Positions 10,446 to 21,249 of a stretch of 36,963 bases of DNA are shown here, in pieces. The notes beneath the pieces were generated by a model that was not told the origin of the DNA, did no database searches, and saw nothing but the letters and a program-made list of their open reading frames with translations. A program made the translations under genes and the position numbers. Origin of the DNA: Octopus bimaculoides (Eukaryota); assembly GCF_001194135.2 (NCBI RefSeq), contig NC_068981.1, forward strand, positions 115,123,977 through 115,160,939, given 5' to 3'. Numbering within the stretch: the stretch's first letter is position 1; each line of letters begins with the position of its first letter.

Positions 10446-10547
10446 GCAACAAAGATATCCAGAGATAATTCAGTACGATCGTCCTCCCGACAGAATTCGA
10501 CACTTAACAACCGTCTACACTATTTCATTGACGAGGTTTGGTGTTAC

Positions 10548-10618
10548 CTGAGGCAACGATCAATGTATGTTGCACAGTTTGACCATGCATTGTGAATGTA
10601 ATTTAGTAGACGAGCGTT
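10548..10618 (-). CDS. Candidate small exon
   Basis: Donor CAG|gtaaca; weak acceptor (gctagcag). The only open frame is NARLLNYIHNAWSNCATYIDRCL (phase 0 to 2). Confidence 0.2.
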
Positions 10619-10884
10619 CTGCTAGCTATTTATTACACTATCAATACTGACTAGACTGTTTCAAATTAGGCCGTATAATACATTTTTGTTGTTACACTTG
10701 CACAGTTTTATATTGTGCAATTGCAATTGTCTAGTCTAGGTGTGTCAAAAGCTACTAACGACATATCTATTACAGCATAAACACACACACAAACACGCAA
10801 GCACGCACGCGCGCGCGCACACACACACATACATACACACACACATACACACACACACACACACACACATGTGTATGTATAGTA

Positions 10885-11300
10885 CAGGGTGTTCGAGCTA
10901 AATTTGACAGTTTACATAAAAGAAAGTATTTCCCACCCAAAAATAAAAGTATTTTTAACAATCACACCATATCAACCAAATTACAGGGTTTACTCAAAGT
11001 AGCAGCTTTCAGCTTTCAGCACGGTTTCAAGACAATCTTGGAACCAGGCGCATGCGTTCCTCACTGTGTCTCTGAGAAGATTTTCAAACACCTCCTTGAT
11101 CTTGAGCACCAGCTTCCCCTTGGTGTTGCAAGAAGAGCAGTTGGTGTCTTTCTCAACCACTTTTAGATTTATATAGTATCTCCATAGTTGCATCACGCCA
11201 ATCCGGAGGAACCGCTTCACTATGCCAAACCCTCTGAATCATATCCATCAACATTGTACAGAGATGATCACCACTATATTTATATATCTCTGCACCTAGT
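10885..11300 (-). mobile_element. Tc1/mariner-superfamily 3' end (maT/DD37D-like C-terminus) with one TIR
   Basis: TA|CAGGGTGTTCGAGCTAAATTTGACAG terminus at 10885. ORF 10990-11220 ends VVEKDTNCSSCNTKGKLVLKIKEVFENLLRDTVRNACAWFQDCLETVLKAESCYFE*, a typical transposase C-terminus. Confidence 0.8.
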
Positions 11301-11309
11301 CCATTCAAG

Positions 11310-11900
11310 AAGTTTTATTTGGTCTCTCGGGTATATCATCAAGAAAAGAGAAATCAGCTTCAGTGGGTCTATTAAGCAACTCATCAAAATGTTCTTTCCA
11401 TCTTTAGGATTTGTTAATAATTCTGTTCTATCCTTGCTCCGAAGCGGCGCAACCTTTGGAGAAACTGGTCCATAAACTTTTTCATGAGAGAGTGAAAAAG
11501 TTTGGAATTGTTATCATTTGAAGCTTCTTGGATTTCATCGCATCTACCACTCCACCAATTTTCCTGTGTCATCCTCAGTTTCTTATGCACTGTTGCTTTT
11601 ACTGCATTGAAATATGTAGCCATTGTCCTGTTCGCTGACACGTCAACATTTTGCAACATGTTAAATGCCTTTCGCTTCTCCTCTAAGATAAGACTAACTT
11701 CTTCATCATTATCATGAAACCAATCTTGGTTTTTGTTTTTACAGCAAAGCTAAAAATGTTACTACAAACCTCGTATACTCTTTCTTTGAATGACTTCCAA
11801 CTCCCGACTTAGGAAAATTATTTAACTCACTCACAAACTCATTGCAGCACTGGAGAGACGTTCACACTCCCGTTCTCTTTGTAGTCAATGTGGAACCTCA
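11310..11900 (-). mobile_element. RTE-clade (BovB-like) LINE fragment
   Basis: Minus: NQDWFHDNDEEVSLILEEKRKAFNMLQN...KLRMTQENWWSGRCDEIQEASNDNNSKLFHSLMKKF. Resembles the RTE linker 'DWFDENDEE..LL..K', 'LR.MQ..WW..KA.EIQ..AD'. Confidence 0.8.
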
Positions 11901-12156
11901 AGATATATTAGTCAATTGTATTGAAATTTAGTATGCAACCTTTTAAAGATGCTATATTTACTGTTTTGCATCCTGCTATGTAGAAATATTTATTCGCTAC
12001 GACTTATAATCCACGAAATCCAAAATTCGACCAAAAACAGCGATTTAAAAAAAATTCAATTACGTTGCAGAGCCTGGAAAACATATTTAACTGCAAAGTT
12101 CTTCGTACACCTTTCTTTTAAACCCAATTCGCAATAACATATTGATTCTTGGTTAC

Positions 12157-12186
12157 CTTTCCCAAAGTTGCATATTTCGCTCCACG
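12157..12186 (-). CDS. Candidate 30-nt exon
   Basis: Acceptor gtatgtatattag, donor AAG|gtaacc. All three frames are open (RGAKYATLGK / VERNMQLWE / WSEICNFGK), so it is weakly constrained. Confidence 0.15.
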
Positions 12187-12191
12187 CTAAT

Positions 12192-12227
<36 letters not shown>

Positions 12228-12244
12228 CTTTGGAAAATCTTTAC

Positions 12245-12930
12245 CATATCCAGCAACGTTACCTCTTTCACCACAGCAGACTAGAAGAAAACTGCTTGTC
12301 TCTATCTTGAAAAGAAAGGCAGCGGAAGATCTTCACAACGGATCAGACTGACTGCAAGACCCATCTGACATTTAAAAACAGCTGATCGACATTACTCTAG
12401 GAGTCAGCAATGCTCTGACCATTCATATGGAAGACGGTTTCGTTGTCCTGTGCATATCTTGGACGAGTCAGTGTTACAGAATTGTTGTGCCTGGAATGTT
12501 TATCCCGAACTGGCAAAGCCTACCAACCCCACTAACTACACCATCACAGTAAGATTTTTGGAATATTTTCCATAGCAACCGAGCTGAAATTTTTCTCAAG
12601 AAAGCCTCTCTGTTTTTGTTCATTGACAACCAGAGTATGCCCTAAGCATCGTTGATCTCATCTCCGACTGTTGATTTTCCTTCGGCTTCACTGTTCTACT
12701 GGTAGATGACTGACAATAATTGATAACATTCTAAATGCCAATAATGATGATAATACTTTCTGGCATAGTTGCAGTATTGTATGACTCAGTCTGCACAAAG
12801 TGAATGTGTCTGCTGCTTTTAACTTTTGCCACCCAACAATTATGTTAAGAAGGTCACTGGGAGAGCGAAAATTACAACATTGAACATCATTACACTGACT
12901 CTGCTTTAGAAATCTATTACACCAGAGCAA
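12245..12930 (-). mobile_element. Tx1-like LINE 3' fragment (zf-RVT region), degenerate
   Basis: Minus: ALPVRDKHSRHNNSVTLTRPRYAQDNETVFHM...VDQLFLNVRWV..SVVKI. Aligns by eye with GALPVRDKLYRHVSAASRACPRCA*DNEMVLH..VEHLLSRVGWI..AMVKI in the 14311-16308 copy. Confidence 0.75.
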
Positions 12931-12974
12931 ATAAAGTGTTTTGTTAATGTTAAAAGCGTCTTGTTAATGTTATA

Positions 12975-13677
12975 CAAGGGGAAGTCAAAAATTATCCGCA
13001 CTTTCACCATAACATACCTATGATTATCACACTGCCTTCTGCGCACGCGTGCTTATAGTTGGTACTATTGTAGTCACGTAATCGAAGTTTGAGCCTGATT
13101 GCGACAGTTTTCTTTCTGGCTATACAATGCAAGCATGGTCGCTCCACTAGCAATGTGCACCAAAGAAGAACAAAGAACAGTGATCCAATTTCTCTGGAAG
13201 ATACAATATTGCAAGATACAGTACTTTGTTGGCCAACAAACTGAAGCTAACAATTCGCATCAAACGTCAACGCCTATTGTGGACGAAAGTTTTGTTGTTG
13301 CAATAGAATGCACGCCCACGCACGGGTGCCCAGACCGTTGAAACCATTAACCATTTGGGTTTTGAGGCGCTGGAACACCTTGCCTACAGCCCAGATCTCG
13401 CCCCTTCCGACTATCATACCTCTGAACCGCTCAAAGATGGTTTACTAGGTCGTTGATTTCCTACGGATGAAGATGTGAAGGAAGTGGTGCATAAATAGTT
13501 GCACGACCAACCGAAAACCCTTTTCTTGGGAGGGAATACGCAAGCTTGTGGACCACTGGACCAAGTGCATCGAAAAGGAAGGAAACTATATAGAAATATG
13601 ACGTACTTGTTTATCCCCTGCTTTTGTGTAAGTACATTCAACAAACAAGTGTGCGTATAATTTTTGACTCTCCCTCG
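12975..13677 (+). mobile_element. Internally deleted mariner (DD34D-type) element with both TIRs
   Basis: TA|CAAGGGGAAGTCAAAAATTATCCGCAC ... GTGCGTATAATTTTTGACTCTCCCTCG|TA. N-terminal MVAPLAMCTKEEQRTVIQFLW is joined to C-terminal YSPDLAPSDYH...DEDVKEVVHK; the middle is missing. Confidence 0.93.
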
Positions 13678-13853
13678 TATTAAATACTATCCTAAATTTT
13701 CTAACTGGTCTTAGTAGGGAGTAATATAAATTTGTATATTATTTGTAAAGGATTTGCCTAAATCTCGTCAGTTTTTCATTATCTTTGCTTTAAATTACAC
13801 AACAATAAAGTCTTTATTACACTCATACTAGGCGTAGTTCCTTTAATTTCCCG

Positions 13854-13855
<2 letters not shown>

Positions 13856-13901
<46 letters not shown>
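13856..13901. repeat. (AC)n microsatellite
   Basis: Seen directly. Confidence 0.98.
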
Positions 13902-13903
<2 letters not shown>

Positions 13904-14109
13904 AAATAAGAATGAAATTATTAATTTCACAAAATGCTTATTAATTATCGTTGTTCGTGTAGATAATAGCATCCTTATATTGTGATTAAGCTAATATGAA
14001 ATTTAGGAGTGGTTAGGGATGATTATTACGAAAACTAACAACATCCGGTTACATAATAATGATATATATAAAGTATTTGACCAAGAAGCCGATATGATTT
14101 ATAATGAAA

Positions 14110-14270
14110 TGTATATGGCCTTGTGTATTTTCTTGATTTAAATTGTTGGACGCTACGATCTCGTTCTTTTTGAATGTGAAGAGACTGAAGTAATCTTAGG
14201 TACTCGAAAGGTAATCATTTTGAATAATTGTAGAATTTCAAAGAAACAACAGAATTTAAATTTTAAAATT
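14110..14270 (-). mobile_element. Short PLE C-terminal remnant
   Basis: Minus: FEYLRLLQSLHIQKERDRSVQQFK, resembling the PLE end 'L.ILESLHI.K..P.LN.Q'. Confidence 0.35.
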
Positions 14271-14310
14271 GGACAACTAAACGAAAATGAAGAAAAGTTA
14301 GTGTGCATTT

Positions 14311-16308
14311 GATCCACAACCTCCACCTCATGCGATACATCATTGAGAAAGTGGTTAAAGAACCTGGCACGAGTGGGGCCCTGATCAATTTAGATCAGTC
14401 TAAAGCTTTCGATAGGGTCGACCATTTATACCTTGCGGCGGTCCTCAAAACAGCTGGTTTCGGGCCTGTATTCAGGGGATAGATTGCTGTAATGCACAGC
14501 TACATCTGTTCAGTGGTCAGAGTGAACGGTCACCTCTCAGGGCCGTTCAACATCATGCGCTTGGTCCTGCAAGATTGTCTCCTATCGTCTCTCTTGTACG
14601 TACTGACTCTCGAACCACTTCTACGCAAACTGGAGGCGTTGAGAAGCATCCCGCGTGACCTAGGATGTGGGAGATGCTTGTCAGCATATGCCGACAATGT
14701 CACCGTCGTGGTTTCGGATCATAAACACATAGAAATGATTGGCACCGCTCTCAGAGACTACGCGGCGGCTTCAGGAGCGACAGTTAATCAGGAAAAATTA
14801 GTGGGCTTGCAGCTCGGCACTTGGAGAAGCAAGTCCATGCCGTCCGACTGCGTCGTTGGGCGCTGGACGGATGGAGCGGTTAAATTGCCCGGGGTCTGGT
14901 TCGGTTCGGGCAAAACTGAGACTAGGTAACGAGCAGGGCGACTACTCTCACTTAAAAATGAGCCGAGAAAAAGCTATCCCTGAATGGTCGAGCAGAGATG
15001 GCTAACGCGTATATCGCATTCGTCATCCCTACTATCGCTTGACTGTCATGCTTCGTCCTGGCTACTGTCTGATTACGCTGAAGCGTATATTCTTCGGCTT
15101 CTTGAAGAAGGGACGCATCCCGATGGTCAGGTAGTCTATCTGCTGTCAGCACCCGTTGCATGGTGGCCTGGTCATGCCGTGGTTGATGATGCGCAGACAT
15201 GCGCTCAGGCTACTACCTCCCCAGAGTTTCCTTGACGGTGAACAAGTGTGGTCGCCGTTCGCTAGACACGTATTTCCGCAGCTAGTTTCTTTAACGGAGC
15301 TGCAGTCCTGGGTAAAATAGAGACCGAGGTGGAGCATTTGGAAAGTGGAATGTCTCCAAGCGCTCACAGCCCTCATCCAATCGGACAGTGTGATAGGTGG
15401 AGCATACACTTTAGCTTTTTATAGAATATTAGTGGAAGAAAAGTGCGACGACGTTNNNNNNNNNNNNNNNNNNNNNNNNNNNNNNNNNNNNNNNNNNNNN
15501 NNNNNNNNNNNNNNNNCCACTCTTTTCCGGAGAACTTTCGAGCCGGGACCGATGGGTAGTTTTCAAAAATCTCTGGCCTGGCAGTGCTACCGGGGAGCTT
15601 TGCCTGTTCGAGATAAACTTTACAGGCACGTAAGTGCCGCTAGCCGAGCATGTCCAAGATGCGCGTAAGACAACGAGATGGTCCTGCATACACTCGTCCA
15701 GTACCCAGGTACTGCTGACCTGTGGGTTTATGTCGAACACCTGCTGTCGCGTGTGGGATGGATCCGGCTGTCAAATGAAGCCATGGTGAAGATCGCCCCG
15801 CCGATTTCCTTAACCGGGAAGGAAAGGCTGTTTTTATATGCTTGGTGGTCGTGGTGAAAGAGATTGAAAGGGCTGAAGACAAACACTTTTCTCTTTGGCC
15901 AATCCCTGATCAACTCCTTCAAGTTTCACTTGAAAAGGAAAATAATGGTAGAGAAGGAAGTGTTGTCTTTTAGCCATTTTGCTGAAAGGTGGATGAAAGT
16001 AGCGAGAATGGTCCAAGTGAACGAGCCTGCCCTAAGCATACGCCTGTAGTTGGAAAAAAGGAAAGAAAAAAAGGCACCTGTCCGAAAAGTCAGGGTCCCC
16101 ATTGCTTTCTTATGGGGTTTTTCCATGAGCAGCCCTCGAACCTCTCCTCCCTGCTGAGGATCACACGTTGTTGATTTAAAAAAAAATTGTCAGTCATGTT
16201 TACATGCAAAAACACTCGCAACAACACACACTCACAAACATACATTCTTTTTTTGTCCTGTGTTGTCCATAACGTTTTTCTTAATGTAAACCCCTGTGGT
16301 TAATAAAG
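14311..16308 (+). mobile_element. Tx1/L1-group LINE, 5'-truncated, disrupted ORF2 (RT plus zf-RVT) and 3' UTR
   Basis: IHNLHLMRYII..ALINLDQSKAFDRVDHLYL; QDCLLSSLLYVLTLEPLL (QGCPLSP equivalent); SAYADNVTV (YADD equivalent); LAWQCYRGALPVRDKL..CPRC. In-frame stops, frameshifts and an N-gap. 3' end near AATAAA at 16302. Confidence 0.92.
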
Positions 16309-16750
16309 TAATCATCATCATCATCATCATCATCATTATTATTATCGTGATCATTATCATTATTATTCAGTAGTCTTATTTTTATCACGTGCTTTCACTG
16401 CACTACCGAGCACAGCTCTGTGTGCCTTGGGTATGTGATGTGGCTGTGGTGCTCTTATTTTCACTGTATTGAAAGTGCTATTTTCTGTATGTTATATATA
16501 CTTGTAAGTCTTGGTGTGTTTGTTATGTATGTCTGAATATGTTTTTATCAAACTTAATGCGCCTACTATGATAGGAACTGTTTCTGTTTTTAGGATCCAA
16601 ATTCGAGTTACCTCTATTTCCAGATCTTTGTATTTTGAAAGTTTCTTATATTAAATCTCAGAGCGAGATTTAATATAGCTTATTTTCAACATTAAGCGCA
16701 GTGATGCCGACTCACTGACCGGTCCTATGGCGTTGAAGTACAAATGTAAG
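16309..16750 (-). mobile_element. R4/Dong-like (RLE) LINE 3' end with (AAT/GAT)n tail
   Basis: Minus: KYKDLEIEVTRIWILKTETVPIIVGALSLIK..YNIQKIAL, the C-terminal RLE motif 'KYKDLEIE..RMW......PI.VGALG'. Followed by a short UTR and aataataatgat/gatgatgat tail. Confidence 0.85.
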
Positions 16751-17065
16751 TAGTTGTTGGCAGCAGAGCAAATATAATACCAAGAGCCCAAGAAAAAAAC
16801 TAAAGTTTCTCAATTTGGACTATAATGCTAGCATCAGATAGTTTGACGGTTCGATTAAAACCATATCGGAGACGGAAACTAGAAAATATTTATATTTTCC
16901 GTAATTGTTTGCCTTATAAGAATGAATTATATATGAATCAATTATTCATAACAAAATTTTACAAGAAGAACCGCTTAAAAAGGTTATAAATATAAGATAA
17001 AATAAAAAAATAACAACAAACCTACACAATATGAAACGAGAAAACTTCCTATCCAGCTATCCATA

Positions 17066-17270
17066 CGAGGGGTTGCTGAAAAGTTCTTGGCTTTGGGTAA
17101 AAGAAAATACAGGAGTATTAGTTAATTATGATTTTATTCCGCATATTCCCACCTCAGATTCACACACTTATTGCAGCAGCTCTTTAGTTTTTCTAAGCTC
17201 CGTAAAAGAACTCTGAAGGGTAGACCTTTCGCGAAGCCTTAAAACCAGGAACTTTTCAGCACTCCTCTCG
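17066..17270. mobile_element. Mariner-type MITE, about 205 bp
   Basis: TA|CGAGGGGTTGCTGAAAAGTTCTTGG ... CCAGGAACTTTTCAGCACTCCTCTCG|TG. Imperfect TIRs of about 26 bp; no coding capacity. Confidence 0.85.
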
Positions 17271-17466
17271 TGTATATATACCTCCTTGTGTTATCAAAAG
17301 AAAAGCCAAATAATGCTTTATTAAATAGGTTTCTCAGCTGATTGTGGTGTGTAAATTCAAACGCGATTTACGTATTTGTACAGATTACAAGATAGGAGTA
17401 AATCCTGATATATGTTCTGACTCTTATTCTGCACCAAATATTGAAAAGGTATTACATGAGCTGCAT

Positions 17467-17815
17467 GAAGGTGCGTGACTCAGTGGTTAGAGCGTCGGAC
17501 TCACAATCATGAGGTAGCGAGTTCGATTCCGAGACCGGGCCGTGTGTTGTGTTCTTGAGCAAAACACTTTATTTCACATTGCTCCAATTCACTTATCTGT
17601 AGAAATGAGTTGCGACGTCACTGGTGCCAAGCTGTGTTGGCCTTTGCCTTTCTCTTGGATAACATCATTGGTGTGGATAGGGGAGGCTGGCATGCACGGG
17701 CGACTGCTGGTCCTCTATAAACAACCTTGCCCGGACTTGTGCCTTAGAGGGTAAGTTTCTAGGGTAAAGACCCCCTTAGATCATTCATGACAGAAGGGGG
17801 TCTTTACCCTTGCCC
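17467..17815 (+). mobile_element. Full-length tRNA-derived SINE with CORE-like centre
   Basis: A box TGACTCAGTGG, B box AGTTCGATTCC, then 'gtgttgtgttcttgagcaaaacactttatttcacattgctcc' shared with 905-1133. Confidence 0.9.
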
Positions 17816-17849
17816 TTATTACTCGAGCTGGTAGGCAGAAATAATATCT

Positions 17850-19270
17850 TACAAGGGTAGGTTTGGTAAGAGCCTACTATCAAATTCCAGTTTGAGCTCA
17901 AAAGTGAAGTGGAAAATAAATGATTAAGTTAACAATGCTGTTATGATTCTGGTAAAGAAAGCTAAATATTTGGAATGATATGGGAGTATTCAAGCTCAGT
18001 GAAAAACTTGCAGGTGCTGTACTTCAGTTTTAGAAGTTAACTCTCTGACTTAGAAACTGAAATACAAGAGAAAGAAAAGACTTGCAAGAACAGGCCAAAT
18101 CTAACTGAATGACGACAACGCTTCGAGAATCAAGAGAAAGCAACTATTGTAGCTAAACAGACAAATACAATTTCTGCATTTGAAGCGAAAGCATGTAGGA
18201 ACATACAAAAGGAAAGTGAAATTGTTTTGTAAACAATCAACAAGAGATCGTTGAAAAACTGAGATAGAATCTGAAGTAACTGAAAGTCATAGAGCCAGTT
18301 AATGTTTGAACAGTGGATCGAAGCATGGTTAAAGAAAGAACAAAAAAATGGTCACATTGTGATGGACAAGGTTATTTGTGAAATCCTCTCTGAGATACCA
18401 ACACATTAATATTGGTGATGTTGTCGATGAGAAATACTGTCTTAGAAAGACAGTTTTGTCAACATGTGGAGGAAAAAGAAACGGCAAGAAAAAATAATTA
18501 ACGGGTAACCAGACGGGAAAGGCGAATGTTAATGAAGATTAACGGCCTTAAGAAAGATATGAGTTGAACGAGAGGAAGCAGGAGAAATTAAAGAAAGAAT
18601 AGAAAAGTAGAGGAAATGCATCATGTTAGAGAAAAATGAATTGGTTCAATGATCGAAGTGCTAAAACTCGAGAGAAAAAGCAAGAGCTACCAAATTGAGA
18701 AAAAAGAAAAAAAAAAAAAAGAAAAGCGCAATGAGCCTCTAGAAACCTTTGACAATTTTTGAGAAAAATAAAAGAAATAACATAAGACCAACTGCTGAAG
18801 AAAGCAAATTCATTTGGAAATGATTTTTTAAAAGAATTCTACGTAAAATAAAATAGTTGAAGCAAGTGAAAAATTACAATGAATAATTAAATAAAAAATG
18901 CTGAGGTGCAGAAAAATTTTACCAAAAGGAAAGCAAATTTTCGAAAGTAATTAAAAGAGGTAGGAAAAGTAGAATAGCGTAAAACTACTGGATCAGATAT
19001 TGCTCCTGAACACTGGCTGAAAAATTTACAGCTCTCCATGAAACTATAGTGATACAGTAAAAAGAGTGTATGTCAAAGGGAGATGTGCCACAGTGCACCC
19101 TTCCTTTGAGAGACAAATTGAAACGAAACGTTGCATCAAATTTCTGACCGATTAAGTGCCTTCTATTGAAGTGGAATCTTCTAACAGGAATAATTGCACA
19201 TACAGCTTGATTAACAGAAAGGCTGTCGAAACATTTGCAAAGAAACGAAAGATTAATTGACATTCGATAA
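17850..19270 (+). mobile_element. Heavily decayed R4/Dong-like LINE ORF (pre-RT to early RT)
   Basis: A-rich strand with remnants PTAEESKFIWK and RKTTGSDIAPEHWLKNLQLSHET (frameshifted), resembling 'P..EE...FW..IW' and 'NWKAPG.D.I...WLK....LHE'. Many stops. Confidence 0.45.
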
Positions 19271-19479
19271 GACGGTCATAATAGATTGTAGAAAGAGAAT
19301 GACAAACGTGCATTCCCCATCAGGTGTGGACAGTTCATACTGAAGAACAAAAACGAAAATAAATAGATAAATAAAAAAAATAGTGAGGAAGACGTGTGTT
19401 GCAGTGGTAATAGAAAAGAGGAGTTAAAGTTTCTTCCTTAAGAAGGTGGAAGGGAAGGACCCAGAAAGAACAAAATAAA

Positions 19480-19630
19480 AAAGTTTGATACTTTATTTTT
19501 CCGCTCCCGAAAGAAAAATTTGACCTCGATGGGATTTGAACTCAGAATGTAAGGAGCCGGAAAAAATGCTTCAATACATATCACATATTTTTTGTCGACG
19601 TGCTAACAATTCAGTCAACTCGTCGCCCTA
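19480..19630 (-). mobile_element. tRNA-derived SINE (relative of the 6998-7221 family), diverged
   Basis: Minus: ggcgacgagttgactgaattgttagcacgtcgac...cattctgagttcaaatcccatcgaggtcaaatttttctttcgggagc. Confidence 0.75.
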
Positions 19631-20737
19631 AATAAAATTGCAATTAAAAAGCAAAATAAATCATATTGAAACAGTAAAATGCCGTGGATAAATAGAACGA
19701 CAGCTATTGGTGAAAGTGGGAACGTAGTCGGGTTGGTGAAATGGGACATGTGATGCTAATATTAAAAAAGAGGACTGGGAATAACGAAGTTACACCTAAA
19801 ATTCATGACAAATCGGCTATATAGGAGTGCAAATATGATTAATATAATTAAAACAACATAAAATGATTGAATGTCAATAATATAATTGCCTAAAAATAAT
19901 GATACAAGATATTAAGGCGATTTGGGGCAAGTGCGAAAAATTTTAGAAGTATCCACCCAAGGAATATACAGGAGAAAATTTGCCCATGTGTGGACGTATT
20001 TTGATAAGCATGATAAATATGTAGGAGATGAATTGAAGAAATGGAAAACAAATGAAGAGTATTTCAAAAATACATAGGAAAACTTTAAGGTCTTAACTTA
20101 AGATGAGTGAATAGTTTGTTGTAGGTAGGCGATGTAGTGGAGGTTAACGGTGAAGGAAAGAAATAAAATGATAGTCTATGTGGGGTGTAGGTTTGCAAGA
20201 TAATGGTGGTTTTGAAAACTGGAAAGGGGGTTCCAAGGGATTGTGTGTGCGCGCGTAAGTGTGTATTGTAGGATAAAGATAAGGTATGGACATTTTGACT
20301 TAGTGGGAGGGGAAAGTGGTAGTATTGGCGTATGTTGGAATGCTTGAAATTGTGACATGTGGATGGGAGTCTAGGTAGGAGTAGATGCAGATGTGAAGTA
20401 CTTATAAAATTTTAAGATTTTGTGGTTTCAGGAATATCTACTGGAACGTTTGTTGGGTAGACAGTCTATGATTTGACTATTTCAAATATTTCTTTGAAAA
20501 GTAATTTGGCTATAGGTATAGAAACTTGTGAATTAGCTGTGAAATTGGTAGTTTACATTAGTAAATATCCCGTTTTCTTTTCATACGGTTTGGTTTCCTA
20601 ATTAGTTCTTTTCTATGAAACAATTACATCTTAGCGTGGTGTAATGGTAAGCAAAATGATGCTTAAATATTTATTTATTAAAGGAGCAAGAATTTGGGAG
20701 ACATGCTCTTAACAAAGTTCCTAGAGTTTAGACTTAC

Positions 20738-20857
20738 TTTGTATGTAGCTAAGGGACCGCTTAGATTTGCAAAAGGAATACAACTTTTGCAAATTGTGAT
20801 AGGTATATTGAAATGGGGATCATGGTCTGAATGAACAGGACTACTCTGAGCATGCGC
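20738..20857 (-). CDS. Candidate 120-nt symmetric exon
   Basis: Acceptor ttcactctctcgtccttcaatcaacag, donor AAA|gtaagt. Only phase 0-0 is open: AHAQSSPVHSDHDPHFNIPITICKSCIPFANLSGPLATYK. No family recognised. Confidence 0.35.
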
Positions 20858-21249
20858 CTGTTGATTGAAGGACGAGAGAGTGAATGCACATGCCTTTAGT
20901 GGTCAGAGTGACCACGATTTTGTGGTGTTTCAACAGATAGCCCTTGGAAGTCTCTCTCTTTTGGGGAACTATCGTTTGGAATTTATTGTCTGTTTGTTAC
21001 TGTTTTTCTCCTTTTTACATGCTCTTGTAATCCTACCTTGCCATGTCTTGTACCATTCCCAGTGTAAAGTAAACACAATAACTTGCAATTTGAAAAAGTA
21101 CGGTGCATTAGGGGTATGGTTCTCTAAAGAGGATGAGGTCAGGAAGTAGTTCACAACCAACTTTAAGAAATGACGTACTTGTTCTCATTTTAATTTACTT
21201 TGGCCGTAGAGTACTGAATATAAAACAGTCAACGCGTCCTCAGAAATAA

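Noticed and set aside
12930-12935. AATAAA with a GT-rich downstream stretch as a plus-strand poly(A) site
   Set aside because: It is at the edge of a minus-strand Tx1 remnant, and such hexamers are frequent in AT-rich DNA.
17467-17545. tRNA gene (also the heads at 25265 and 7140-7221)
   Set aside because: A/B boxes are present but there is no closed cloverleaf, and each continues into a multi-copy SINE body.
20765-20853. Hydrophobic signal-peptide-like ORF MLRVVLFIQTMIPISIYLSQFAKVVFLLQI*
   Set aside because: It hits TAA before the donor at 20737. Only the other frame passes through the exon.
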